This document shows positions 32,893-43,991 of a DNA stretch of 64,000 nt, piece by piece. Source of the stretch: Pelagomonas calceolata (taxonomy: Eukaryota); contig CAKKNE010000003.1 in NCBI GenBank assembly GCA_918797485.1, positions 4,278,001 through 4,342,000 on the forward strand. Reading direction: 5' to 3'. Positions within the stretch are counted from its first letter, which is position 1; each line of letters begins with the position of its first letter. A program made the position numbers and the translations under genes. Under the pieces are notes generated by a model. That model was not told the DNA's origin and searched no databases. It saw only the letters and a list, made by a program, of their open reading frames with translations.

Positions 32893-33467
32893 TGAGGTGA
32901 AAACTCCCCTAGATATATATCAACGCCATAGCCCCCTATCGCCGGATCTATGGCTACATTACTCTCGCCTATCAGCACGCTATATCAGCCGGCACGTGCC
33001 CGAGGCTGATATTTCCCTATATCCCGTATCTTCTTACTTATCCAAGTGGATCAAGCCCGGCGCTAAGTAGGCGCCGTAAAAACACCGGGGTGAACCTAAA
33101 GTAAGTTCACTTCACTGGGGGGAACAGCGGGAAACGAACCCACGAAGCCCAAGTGAGGCTAACCCCATAAGTAACCTACATGTCTAGCAACATATACAAC
33201 CATAACTCGAGCGTGAGGGACATAGGAAAGCTATTCCCGGAAGAAAAGCGGCTCGGCACGAAAGCGAGCGACTTGGTAAGCGGAATAGCACTGACTGCAT
33301 GCCTCGACATTGATGAAGCGTTCGATGTACTCGGCACACCACCAGAGCAAAGGGTTGCCATACTTGCATCTACTGTGTTTTGTGCGGACACGCCCCATGG
33401 CGTGGTGGTTAAGCAAGCGATTAGCGGAGCAATTAGAGAGTACAAAAAGACCGTACCACTGCCATAG
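32893..33467 (+). mobile_element. Truncated LTR retrotransposon 5' end (LTR 32893-33114, PBS from 33116, gag-like ORF 33180-33467)
   Basis: TGAGGTGAA...TTCACTTCA termini; TGGGGGGAACAGCGGG PBS 1 nt downstream; near-identical copy at 40541. Confidence 0.75.
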
Positions 33468-34246
33468 CAATGCTGGAATTGGATGGCAATGTCAGTGAGA
33501 GTATCACGAGGCTCTAGATCGAAGCTCTAGATTGCGAATAATGCAAGACCAAAGGAGTACCGGACGTCCCCCATATAATCCTCAATTGTGGCGTGGGAAG
33601 AACTGCGACCGCGTCTACCGGCGTGCCCGTCGTGAGTGCGCGAGACGTGTCTATCTACAAACTACGAATAGTGGTTCAGGGGGGGGGTAGTTACACAAGC
33701 ACGCGACGGATCAGCTGCGGCCGGCACGCGCATGAAGCCCCACGCGGATTTCGTGGACATGGCGCACCGGACGACCACTCACTTCGCGAGCTGAAGAGCG
33801 TCGGCCATGTGTCAAGGCCGGCCTGATGAGGCAGCCCGCCGCCTGAGGGCAAGTCGAATGCTAGCAGCTAGCCTGACTCGCTGCGCCTGAGACTCTGAGT
33901 GTGTGCTAAATAAATAAATAAATAAAGGGGAATTCTTAAGGTAGATAGTAACACTAGCCCCTTACCTAAGGTAGATAGCAGCGTACTAACGCAGATAGTA
34001 ATTGTTGTACTGCGTTCTAAGATAGATAGTAATGATGGCCCGCGAACCTAATGTGGATAGCGTACGAGGGTCGGCGACGGCGATGCATCGATTACAATCT
34101 TGCCTTCCGTCGTCGGCGGCGGCGGCGACGCCGTCGGCGCGGCGGCCATCGACGCGACGGCCGGCGACGGGCTCGCGAAACTCGCACACGCTTTCATAAG
34201 GTTCTCGGAAGTAATGATCCAGACTCGGGTTTTTTTTTTTTTTTTT

Positions 34247-35185
34247 TTAACTCGGCGGCCTCCGTCCGCGGTCCACCGTGCCGTCCGCTCGCCAGCAGCC
34301 GAAGCCCGAGCACGCGTCCAGGCCGTGGTCGCGCCGCAGCGCGTGCCAGATGGCGCCCTCGCGCCGGACCGCCGGGAGCGCCAGCACCGCGTCGAGCTGC
34401 GACGGCGAGAGCGCGCGGTCCGCCGCGGCGTCGCGCCGGTTCACGTTGCGTCGCGATACGTCGACAAACCTGGGCGCCCGCTTGGCCCCGGCCAGCCAAG
34501 CCGCCGCCTCGCCGCCCGGCGCGTCCGGGAAGACCGCTTTGCACCTGCGGAGCACGGCCAGCGCGACGTCCGACGCCCGCGAGAAGTTGCCCCAGAAAAG
34601 CCCGTACGAGAGCCAGTGCTCCACGACGAGGCCGCCAGCCGCGGCGTGGAATTGTGAAGCGCCCTCGTCCCGCGCGAACTGCGACACCGTGCGGTTCCGC
34701 CCGCCCGAGCTGCGGCGGTGGAAGTGCAGGTAGTGGCTCACCATGCGCGCGACGGGGTCCCGCGACGCGATGACGCAGTCCACGTCGTCGAGCGCGTCGA
34801 CCGGCGGCTTTTCGCGCGAGGCCCAGGCCCACCGCCGGGGCGCGCCGCATCCGGCCGAGCCGCCGATCTCCGCCAGCGTCTTGAGCAGCGGCCCGGGCTT
34901 GAAGTGTCCGGCTGCGACGGTCGCGCAGGCCGCCCGGTCGCGCCACTGGTCATTCGCCAGGACGCGCTCCGTCGCCTCGGAGGGAAGGCCCCCGCTCCCG
35001 GGCACGAGCGAGACCGCTCTTGGGAACGTCTGGAGAATGACGTGCCGCAGCGAGGACCCGCCGGTCTTGGGCAGGTGGAAGAACAGCAGCGGCCGGTCGC
35101 GCGTCGGGGTCCGGCGCACGCCGGCGGAGGCGCGCGGCTTCCTGGCGGCTGCGATTGCGACGACGGGCAAGAGGCGCAGCTTCAT
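34247..35185 (-). CDS. Sulfotransferase family protein (secretory pathway)
   Basis: Signal peptide; 5'-PSB motif FFHLPKTGGSSLR; 3'-PB motif RDPVARMVSHY. Confidence 0.8.
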   Translation of the reverse strand: MKLRLLPVVAIAAARKPRASAGVRRTPTRDRPLLFFHLPKTGGSSLRHVILQTFPRAVSLVPGSGGLPSEATERVLANDQWRDRAACATVAAGHFKPGPLLKTLAEIGGSAGCGAPRRWAWASREKPPVDALDDVDCVIASRDPVARMVSHYLHFHRRSSGGRNRTVSQFARDEGASQFHAAAGGLVVEHWLSYGLFWGNFSRASDVALAVLRRCKAVFPDAPGGEAAAWLAGAKRAPRFVDVSRRNVNRRDAAADRALSPSQLDAVLALPAVRREGAIWHALRRDHGLDACSGFGCWRADGTVDRGRRPPS

Positions 35186-36409
35186 ATTGGTTGCTTTACT
35201 TCACGCTGCCCCTTCCGGCGCGGCGAAGGCGCCGTCCATCTATGCGCTTCGAGGTGCGCTGCGGTATGGGTCGACGCGACGGCGTCAATTTGTCTGCTCC
35301 ACGGCGCGCACAGGGGGGAGCCCACTGCCAATTTCGACCGACGACTCATATATAATTCGTACTATAGATAGATTCCAGGAGGAGAGTTTTAGCCCGGGTA
35401 CGTGGGGCGACCGAAAAAATCAAGACGTTCCTAGCGAGCGAGCGACGGCCGGGGGTAGCGACGGAATACGCGGATAGACGAGCGATGGCGCCCCGTTCCC
35501 GGCAAAAACGCCAATTACCTGAGGGCCCCCAGTAGTCGCCGTAGCGGTCTTGTTGGACCCTATACTACCCCAACGATAGTCAATTACAAGTATATGCCAT
35601 CTACATTATAAGAAGGGTACTTTTTGCTGCCTACACTCGGGACGTGAACATCTTTATCTGGAGCTCGCGTAAGTCGGTCGATCATGAAGCAAATGATCGC
35701 GTCAAGGTCCATGGTGAAGTTACACGGGCTGATGGCCGCAGGTCCAAGTATTTTGCAATATGAGTGAGATCTTGGGGTCCCGGGACGAACTAGGCGCGAG
35801 GAGTTTTCCGAGAAGGTAATCCTATGTGGTAGACGTTCAGGCCGGTTATCTGGCCCGTCCCATAACCGAAGTGCCTCAAACGCGAATTTATTTTATAAAC
35901 CACCGGTCTGGGGCCAATCCAGTGCCCCGCGTACGCACAGTCGTCCGCGGAGAACGGGCAAGTCGGTCGATTGTGAATAGAACAACGGCGTTATGGTCCA
36001 CCTGGATGGTGTCGTCGCTGATACTCGCGGGTCCAGGTATTTTGCCGATTTTTGTATAAACGCGGGGCGCGAATTCGTCGTTTCGCGCGGCTCTAACGGA
36101 GTACATGATTATGCTCACTAGACGTTCTGGCCGGCTGCATGAACTCTGTAGACCTCTAACAAACGAAAGGAAACGAACATAAACGCGAGAGTTGTCTCGT
36201 AGAATTTTTCTCCAGCCCTCGGAACGTGGGCCGTCGGCTCCGGTTCCGTCGATTGTGGATGAAAACTGGGCTGGAGTATATATAAGCGCCGGCTCGATCG
36301 CGTGATTGCCGCGGCCCAGGTTTCGGACTCGGAGGAGCAGCCCCCCCAAAAGCGCGCGCGCGGCTAGTACTACGGGGCAAACTTGAAGTAACCTAATCCT
36401 TACGCCCGG

Positions 36410-37264
36410 CTAGAGCTCCATCGCGTCCGCGTCCGTCACCTCGACTTGCGTCGATAACACGGCCGTCGCCTTGACGGGGACGAGGGCCTTGGGTCTCACA
36501 TAAGCCTCGCGCAGCGGCCGCGTGTCGTTGGGCGTCTCGTAGCCGCGGAGCACCGTCGCCTCGCCGCCCGTCCGGATGATCGTGACGTCGACGTTAGAAC
36601 CGGAGCCGAGGTCGTTGAAGATGCCCGCGCGGATGGCGTCCTTGACCAACGCGATCGCCGCCGCCTCGTCCAGGTTATCCGCGTAGCGCGTCTCGAAGAC
36701 GCTCATCGCCGCGAGGCTCCCGGAGCCCATGGTCACGTAGGGGAGCCTGGCCGTCGACCCGTGGGGGTAGATCTGGTACAGCGAGGGGCCGGTGCAGTCC
36801 ACGCCGCCGAGCACGAGCGCGGCGCTGACGTGGCCCTGGTACCGGAAGAGCGTCCGCTTGAGGAGGGTCGTGGCGGCGACGACGCGGGACTGCGTGCCCG
36901 TGCCCAGCCGCAGCAGTTCGAGCTGCGACGCGATGAGCTCCGTCGTCTTCTCCGTGTCCGCCGCCGTGCCCGCGCCGCAGCAGTAGATGTTCGGCGCGAG
37001 GTAATGAATCTTCTCGCAGTTCTTGTCGGCGACCTCCGAGCCGCCCGTGGCGCGCGTGTCCGCGCCGAGGACCACGCCGCCGGCGTAGACGACGCCGCAG
37101 ATGGTCGTGCCCGTCGACATGGGCTCGGGCATGCTTGCCGTCGCGCCGGCGGCGGCGGCGAGCCGCGCGTTCCGCGCCGCCAGCCCGAAGTCGAAGCCGC
37201 CCGTCTGCGGGGGCTCCTTCGGGAGCACGTGCTCGCCGCCGGGGGCGACGCGCAGCTGGGCCAT
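36410..37264 (-). CDS. PSMB7: 20S proteasome subunit beta type-2 catalytic (PUP1/PSMB7)
   Basis: Propeptide GGFDF...[56 protein letters not shown]; intronless. Confidence 0.96.
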   Translation of the reverse strand: MAQLRVAPGGEHVLPKEPPQTGGFDFGLAARNARLAAAAGATASMPEPMSTGTTICGVVYAGGVVLGADTRATGGSEVADKNCEKIHYLAPNIYCCGAGTAADTEKTTELIASQLELLRLGTGTQSRVVAATTLLKRTLFRYQGHVSAALVLGGVDCTGPSLYQIYPHGSTARLPYVTMGSGSLAAMSVFETRYADNLDEAAAIALVKDAIRAGIFNDLGSGSNVDVTIIRTGGEATVLRGYETPNDTRPLREAYVRPKALVPVKATAVLSTQVEVTDADAMEL

Positions 37265-37615
37265 GGCTGGCTGGTCCGCCGATGTTGTAGGAGCGGTGCG
37301 TTTTTGATTGCCGCGGGGGTCTCTTTTAGGCGGCGGCGCCCCGGCGCCCGCAGCAAAACCCAAAATTCGGGTCCCCGCGACCACGCAGGGCTCCGCGCGT
37401 GCCCGCGCCCGGCCGCAGTGCTCGGATGGGAGTCGTTCGCGCTCCGTGCGGGTTTGCCATCTTTGCCCCTCCAATATCTCTTTGGACCAGCAGCACGAAG
37501 CTAGCTAGCCGCTAGCCGCGGAACCCGCGTTGCGAGCGCCGGCCGCCCTCCACGCCGCGGCCCCCCGCCGCGCGGCGCGCACCGCCCAGGCGACAACCCC
37601 CCAGCGACAACAACC
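37265..37615. promoter_or_regulatory. Probable bidirectional promoter between PSMB7 and CK2 alpha
   Basis: 351-bp gap between divergent start codons; positional inference only. Confidence 0.45.
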
Positions 37616-38810
37616 ATGCAGGACGGCCTGAGCCGCGCCCGCGTCTACGCCGACGCCAACGCGCGGCGGCCCCGCGAGTACTGGGACTACGAGAGTCTGA
37701 CGGTGCGCTGGGGCGAGCAGGAGGACTACGAGGTGGTGCGGAAGATCGGCCGGGGCAAGTACTCCGAGGTCTTCGAGGGCGTGAACGTCGCGAACGACTG
37801 CAAGTGCGTCGTCAAGATCCTGAAACCCGTCAAGAAGAAGAAGATCAAGCGCGAGATCAAGATCCTGCAAAATCTGTGCGGCCAGACGAACATCATTCGG
37901 CTGCTCGACGTCGTGCGCGACCCGCAGTCGAAGACGCCGTCGCTCGTCTTCGAGCATGTCAATAACGCGGACTTTAAGGTCCTGTACCCTACCTTAAAAG
38001 ACGCGGACGTGCGCTACTACATCGACCAACTACTCATTGCTCTGGACTGCTGCCACAAAAACGGCATCATGCACCGCGACGTCAAGCCCCACAACGTCAT
38101 GATCGACCACGAGAAGCGGGAGCTGCGCCTCATCGATTGGGGGCTGGCCGAGTTTTATCATGCCGGGCGGGAGTACAACGTGCGCGTCGCGTCGCGGTAC
38201 TTCAAGGGGCCCGAGCTGCTCGTGGACCTCCAGGAGTACGACTACGCGCTGGACATGTGGTCGTTAGGGTGCATGGTCGCGGGCATGATCTTCCGGCGCG
38301 AGCCGTTCTTCCACGGTCTTTGGACGGTGTCGATCGTGGTCGCGCGTAGCCCTCGGACGTCGCGCGTGTCCGCGCAGGCCACGACAACTACGACCAGCTC
38401 GTGAAGATCGTCAAGGTCCTGGGCACGGAGGAGCTCTTCCGCTACCTGGACGCCTACGACTTGGAGCTCGACCCGCATTTCGACGGGCTGATCGGCCGGC
38501 AGCCGAAGAAGGCGTGGGAGAAGTTCATCAACGTCGAGAACCAGCACCTCGCGCGGACTCGGCGTCGCCGTTGACCTTCAACTTTTGATCTGGTCGCCTT
38601 GGTGGTCCCGGGAGAGTCGACGCGGCGCAGGTCAGCGAGGAGGGTATCGATTTTGTGGCCAAGTTGTTGCGCTACGACCACCAGGAGCGATTGACGGCGC
38701 GCGAGGCCATGTGCCACGCGTGGTTCGACGCGGTCGAGGGCCGGGACCTCGTCGCGCGGGGCGTCGATCGCAACGATCCGAACGCGCACGCGCTGCCGGG
38801 GAAGATGTAG
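37616..38810 (+). CDS. CSNK2A1: Casein kinase II catalytic subunit alpha (3 exons: 37616-38315, 38378-38550, 38631-38810)
   Basis: [62 protein letters not shown]; intron 1 GT-AG, intron 2 GC-AG. Confidence 0.96.
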
Positions 38811-39012
38811 TAGGGGCGCTGCTTCTTCCTTCATAAACTTCGTTACGAGCACAGTGCCAATCACAGTACCGCGCTCTGTGGGGGCGGGTCGGCACGACGT
38901 TCGGCACGCGGGACGTGCTAGTACACGTCGGACTCGCACTGCGGCCCACCCCAGCTCCGGCGGCGTGCGGGTACCTTGGGCGACTGCGCGCCGCCGTATT
39001 AACATGCAGCTA

Positions 39013-40317
39013 TTACTCCGCGAGCGGCCCGAGGTCCGGGGGGCCCGGGCCGGCGTCGGTGTCGAGGACGCTCGCGCCCTCGAGAATCGATTGGTTCTCC
39101 AGCGCCCGCGACGACGCCGCGAGCGCGAGCGCCGGCCGCCGCGCCGCGGGCCGGCGTACGTCCCCCGGCGGCGGCGCCGGGTCCGTCGGCGGCAGGCGTA
39201 CCCGGAGCGCGTCGCCGGCGGCCGGCGCGGCGGCGCCAGCGCCGGCGCCGGGCTCGCGCGGCGCCTCGGCGGCGGCCGGCGGCGGCCGCCGCCGCCGCCG
39301 GTAGCCGGGCGGGTCCGGCAGCGTCAGCGTGTCCCGGCGGAGCGTCGGCGGCTCCTTGGGCGGCGCGCCGACGCAGACCGACTCGCGCGCGTAGACCGTC
39401 CCGGTCTCGTTCCGGGTCTCGCGCCAGGCGATGGTCGGCTCCGGGCCCTGCGTGCCTTCGGCGGCGTCCCGGAGGTACTGGAGCGCGAGGCACTTGAGCA
39501 GCTGGGCCTTGCTCTCGACGGACGCGGCCGTCTTGTACTTGTCCGCGACGAAGCGCTGGCGCAGCGCGATCTTCTTCCGCGCTTCCTCGTCGGCGCGGAT
39601 CCTCTCCCGCAACTCGCGCGTCTCCCGTTCCAGCGTCGCGCGGCGGCGGCGCTCGTCCCTCTTAGATTGGGCCTTCTGCGCGTCGAGGCGCTCCCGCTTG
39701 AACGCCCGCTCGGCCCGCGTGCGTTGCCTGCAAATGTCCGCGGCGATGGAATTACCAACGAAGACGGCGTCCTTCGCGGGAAGCGGTCGGTACGGCTTCG
39801 CGTCGGGGGCCTTGGACCGCGGCGCGGCGTCGACGAACGGCGCCCCGGGCTCCCGCCGCCGCAGCCGCGACCGCTGCGCCGCGCGGTCGAGGTGCGGCCG
39901 CTCCCTCGGGCCGGGCGCGACCGGGGCCGCCCCTCCGTCGACTTCGAGGAAGTGCCGCTCGCGGTACCGCCGCCGCTCGACGTCGAGGGCGAGGGCGTCG
40001 CGCTTCCGCCGCTCGCGGTCCACGCGCCGCCGCGCGCGCGCGTGCTCCCGCACGTCGACCTCGGCCATGCTAAAGGCTCTTCGGGCGAGCGTCTCCTGCC
40101 GGAGCAGCGCCGCGCGGTCCTGGCTCCGGGTGGCGAGCAGCGCCGACGCGGACGTCGGCACGCGGTAGCCGAGGTCGGGGTTCGCCCGCGTCGACGTGAG
40201 GAACGCGACGGGCACGCTCGTGTCGAGGGCCTCGTCCTCGGTGCATGCGTCGTCGCCGAAGCGCGGGGCCGGAGCCTCCAGGAGGGGCAGCTCCTCGTCC
40301 TTGGACTCCTCGACCAT
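39013..40317 (-). CDS. Hypothetical coiled-coil protein
   Basis: 435-codon ORF, E/R-rich helical segments; no family recognised. Confidence 0.6.
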   Translation of the reverse strand: MVEESKDEELPLLEAPAPRFGDDACTEDEALDTSVPVAFLTSTRANPDLGYRVPTSASALLATRSQDRAALLRQETLARRAFSMAEVDVREHARARRRVDRERRKRDALALDVERRRYRERHFLEVDGGAAPVAPGPRERPHLDRAAQRSRLRRREPGAPFVDAAPRSKAPDAKPYRPLPAKDAVFVGNSIAADICRQRTRAERAFKRERLDAQKAQSKRDERRRRATLERETRELRERIRADEEARKKIALRQRFVADKYKTAASVESKAQLLKCLALQYLRDAAEGTQGPEPTIAWRETRNETGTVYARESVCVGAPPKEPPTLRRDTLTLPDPPGYRRRRRPPPAAAEAPREPGAGAGAAAPAAGDALRVRLPPTDPAPPPGDVRRPAARRPALALAASSRALENQSILEGASVLDTDAGPGPPDLGPLAE

Positions 40318-40540
40318 CTTCGCGAACTGCCGCGTGAGGCTCAAGCGTGATGGCAGCCCCTCCCTGCCCGCTGCTTACCACAGCGCGGGGCCGGGGGGCC
40401 CCAGGGCAGGGCCCAGGGTCGCGTCTCTGCCTCTCTGCCAGCACAACACGGGACGCGCCTGAGTCGTCGCCCGGAGCTCTCGGCGGCGGCCGAATAGATG
40501 CCGCGAAAATTCGGGTTTTTCGTGCTGCCATACTTGGCGG

Positions 40541-40980
40541 TGAGGTGAAAACTCCCCTAGATATATATCTGCAACGCCATAGCCCCCTATCGCCGGATCT
40601 ATGGCTACATTACTCTCGCCTATCAGCACGCTATATCAGCCGGCACGTGCCCGGGGCTGATATTTCCCTATATCCCGTATCTTCTTACTTATCCAAGCGG
40701 ATCAAGCCCGGCGCTAAATAGGCGCCGTAAAAACACCGGGGTGAACCTAAAGTAAGTTCACTTCACTGGGGGGAACAGCGGGAAACGACCCTACAAAGCC
40801 CAAGTGAGGCTAACCCCATAAGTAACCGACATGTCTAGCAACCTAGATAACCATAAGTCGAGCGTGAGGGACATAGCGAAGCTATTCGCGGAAGAAAAGC
40901 GGCTCGGCACGAAAGCAGCCGACTTGGTAAACGGAACAGCACTGACGAAATGCCTCGAAATCAACGAAGATGAACATTGA
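40541..40980 (+). mobile_element. Second truncated LTR retrotransposon 5' end (LTR 40541-40765, PBS, gag-like start)
   Basis: Near-identical to 32893-33114 with the same PBS; ORF MSSNLDNHKSSVRDIAKLFAEEKRLGTKAADLV is homologous to copy 1. Confidence 0.75.
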
Positions 40981-41493
40981 AGTTGAGATACATCCTTGAG
41001 TAGAAGGGCATCTGATAGCCTCTACAGCCAGGATCGAAGCCATCAAAAGACCATGCTTCGCCAGAACCATACTGTTCCTCTGCTGAGGTGACATTCTTTT
41101 AATGTGATTTAGTGCAAATAACATAGTGAATTTAGACTGGCGTGGGCGATTCGTTGTGTGTAGGGTAAGTAAGTAGGGAAGTAAGGAGAATAGGGGTATT
41201 CACCGTACTATAGTTTGCACCTACGGTACTCTTGCTAAGGTATGAATATACATACCGATACCGCAGTACCTACGGTACCTACGGTACCTACGGTACTAAT
41301 ACCGCAGTAAGCAAAGCAATAAAATTATTGCACACAAGGTTGGCCGCAGCATCCCAGCCACGGCAGCGTCGAAGGCGCGGCATAAGCCAGGGACCATGAG
41401 GCTGCTCCGCCACACCGGACCGCGCGCGTATCGTTTCTGTCTTGACGCAAGGGCGCTCGTGGGCAGCACCCGGCCAGCTCGGCGCACGACGCG

Positions 41494-43386
41494 ATGAGGC
41501 GCGTCCTCCTGCTGCCGCTCGTCGCCTGGGCGAAGTGCCGGACCGAGGGCGGCCCGCGGCGCTGGCCGGCCGCCGCGCTCGACCGGACGCGCTTCTACGC
41601 CTGGGTGAGCTGCAAGGACGCCCCCCTGCTCACCCACTTCCTCGACTGGTACCTCGGCCTCGGGTTACAATTAACAAAACCCGGCTGGGCGCGCGTCGTT
41701 CTGCACTGTCTGGACAAAAAGGACCGGAGAGCCTCGCTGCAAGTGCTGGAGGCACGCGACGTCCATCGTAACGTCCATCACAACGACGGGCCCTTCTCCG
41801 CCGTCATAAAAACGAAGGACGCGAACGTGTATCTGGCGAGCCTCCCGCGCGACGCGCTCCTGGTCCGAGCGGACCTGGACGAGCTTTTCGACGCCGCGCC
41901 GGCGACGATCGAGGCCGCCCTGCGCGAGGACGGCGGGTTCGTGCGGGGGCGTTTCGTGGATCGGATCTCCGGGGACTGGCGCCTCGCGCCCGTCGCCGCG
42001 AACCGGAGCCTCGGGGCGCAGTTCCCGCGGAGGTGCGCGGCGACGCACGCGGTCTTCGGCGGCAACGACCGGAAGTGGATCCTCGTGCCGCGCATCTTCG
42101 GTAACAGGTCCGTGGTCTTCAAGACGTCGCACAATGTGTACGACGCGCCCCTAGTCAAGCGGACGAGCGACGTGATGCACTACCGCTTCGACCAACGGGC
42201 CTTCGGGCTGCTGCGGGACAAGCGCGACGCCTACGCCTCCCGGGAGGACGTGCAGTCGGCCTTCGCGGCGACGATGTACGACGGGATGCTCGGCGCGTTC
42301 GCCGAGGGGAGCGACGGCGTCGCCTTCCGCCCGGCGGCGCGGAAGGCGATCGCGTACGCGCTCGACGCCCAGTCGTCGTGTCTTTGCGGCGGGGACGTTT
42401 TCGAAGCGCCGCGGGGCGCGGTCTACGCGGCCACGGGCGGGGCCGACTACGTAGACCTGGCCATGCTCAGCGCGAGTCAGCTCGGAAGGGACGCGCGCGT
42501 GCGCTTCTTCGTGGAGGAGGACACGATGCGGTACTGCGCGGACCGCGCGAAGGCGCTGCGACGCGCGACGTGGGCCTGCTCCGTCGTCGACGCGTCCTCC
42601 CTCGCGGCGGACGGCGTGGTCGCGCCGCCGGCGGTGAGCCTGAAGTGGAAGCGGCTGGCGGGGGGGTGGACGGAAAAGGTGCGGAGGGGCGTCGAGGGGC
42701 GGATCGCGGGCATCCTGGCGATGCTCGCGTCGCCGTTCGAAGAAACATTATTTCTGGACGCGGACACGGTGCCCTGCTTCGATCTGGAGCGGCTGTTCCG
42801 GGCGACGGAGGGCGCCGAGGGGACGTCCATCTTCGAGGCGTACGATTTCCTGATGGCCCACGAGTTCCACACGCTGCGCGGGTTCTTGGGCGAGGAGGCC
42901 CACGGCGCGCCGGACGTCTTCGGGCTGCTGAACGCCGGCGTCGCGTTATACCGGTGGCGCGACGCCGTCCGGCGGTTCCTCATGAAGTGGCTCGAGCTGT
43001 ACGTGGACGACCTCGAACGCAAGCTGGCCGACCCGCGCGCGTACGATCCGGGCGACGGCCGCGCGTTCCAGCGCCAGCCGGCGATGCAGTGGGCCGCCTT
43101 CCGGAGCGCGGCGCGCGACGGGCTGCGGGTCCACGCCCTGAGCCCGGTCTGGAACGCGCGGAGCTGGCGGCCGGCCTTCTCGGGGCACGCGAAGCGGACG
43201 ACCTCCGACGACTGCTGCGCGGCGCACAAGTTTACTTCTACCACGATCCTCGTGGACCACCACTGCAACGCGTCGCGCCTGCCGGCCTGCGGCGCCCGGG
43301 GGTCCCTGGACACGGCGGGCCTCGACGTCATCGGCGACGTGCGCCACGCGCGGCCGCGCCTCGGGTGCCCGGGCCGGGCGCACTAA
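41494..43386 (+). CDS. Secreted/Golgi protein with two GT-A-like glycosyltransferase domains
   Basis: Signal peptide; LLTHFLDWY...VRADLDEL (GT2-like); SPFEETLFLDADT...LNAGVALYR (nucleotide-diphospho-sugar transferase-like). Confidence 0.7.
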   Translation: MRRVLLLPLVAWAKCRTEGGPRRWPAAALDRTRFYAWVSCKDAPLLTHFLDWYLGLGLQLTKPGWARVVLHCLDKKDRRASLQVLEARDVHRNVHHNDGPFSAVIKTKDANVYLASLPRDALLVRADLDELFDAAPATIEAALREDGGFVRGRFVDRISGDWRLAPVAANRSLGAQFPRRCAATHAVFGGNDRKWILVPRIFGNRSVVFKTSHNVYDAPLVKRTSDVMHYRFDQRAFGLLRDKRDAYASREDVQSAFAATMYDGMLGAFAEGSDGVAFRPAARKAIAYALDAQSSCLCGGDVFEAPRGAVYAATGGADYVDLAMLSASQLGRDARVRFFVEEDTMRYCADRAKALRRATWACSVVDASSLAADGVVAPPAVSLKWKRLAGGWTEKVRRGVEGRIAGILAMLASPFEETLFLDADTVPCFDLERLFRATEGAEGTSIFEAYDFLMAHEFHTLRGFLGEEAHGAPDVFGLLNAGVALYRWRDAVRRFLMKWLELYVDDLERKLADPRAYDPGDGRAFQRQPAMQWAAFRSAARDGLRVHALSPVWNARSWRPAFSGHAKRTTSDDCCAAHKFTSTTILVDHHCNASRLPACGARGSLDTAGLDVIGDVRHARPRLGCPGRAH

Positions 43387-43991
43387 GTACGGCGTAGTTG
43401 TGTGCGCCTTCCGTCGCCGCCGCGAACGGCGGCCGCGCCATCCGGCAGATCATCCGGCGGCCGGATCGAGCCGCGGGACGGGGACCCCCCGGCCGGTAGG
43501 TTGCGCCACTCCGCCCCCAGCCCTGCCCAGGGCTGGGCAGGAAAAGTCGTTTTGACGGTGCTAGGACTAGTGGGCGGAGCCCACCGCGCGTCGCCGATTC
43601 ATCTTTCATAACAGCCGGCTCGGTATCCTAGGCGCGCAGGAAGAAGACCTCTAGGGGCTTGATGTATGTCCTTTTTTCCTTTAGGATTCCTTCCTTAATT
43701 ATTTATTTATCATAACAGCGTACCTCCTTCTAAGCAGAACCGCCTCGGCAAACCCCCCCGAACAATGTGCAACGTTCGCCCGTTCAATCAACTTGCCCCG
43801 CGACTTCCCGCAGGCGACGGACCGCGGCGACGCCTTCGGCAGGGCGCTCGCCACAGCGCGGTATACATACTAGAACCCCCTAGCGTTGGTTTAACCCTTC
43901 TTGTCCACTGCCGGTCGGACGGCGGGGGACGGCTGCCCGGGCGGCGCGCCGCCGCCCCGTCCCGCAGAGGCCGCCCGAGGCCGAGGTCAAG

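Noticed and set aside
33116..33200. tRNA gene on the minus strand
   Set aside because: Only a 3'-half-like sequence; no matching 5' acceptor strand or D-arm found. Better explained as a PBS.
33231..33399. Ribosomal protein S17-like start MGRVRTK on the minus strand
   Set aside because: Similarity stops after 7-9 residues and lies antisense to the gag-like ORF; likely chance.
32893..40765. One full LTR element spanning both LTR copies and carrying PSMB7/CK2
   Set aside because: Both LTRs are followed by a PBS and gag start, there is no pol or shared TSD, and the interior holds ordinary host genes.
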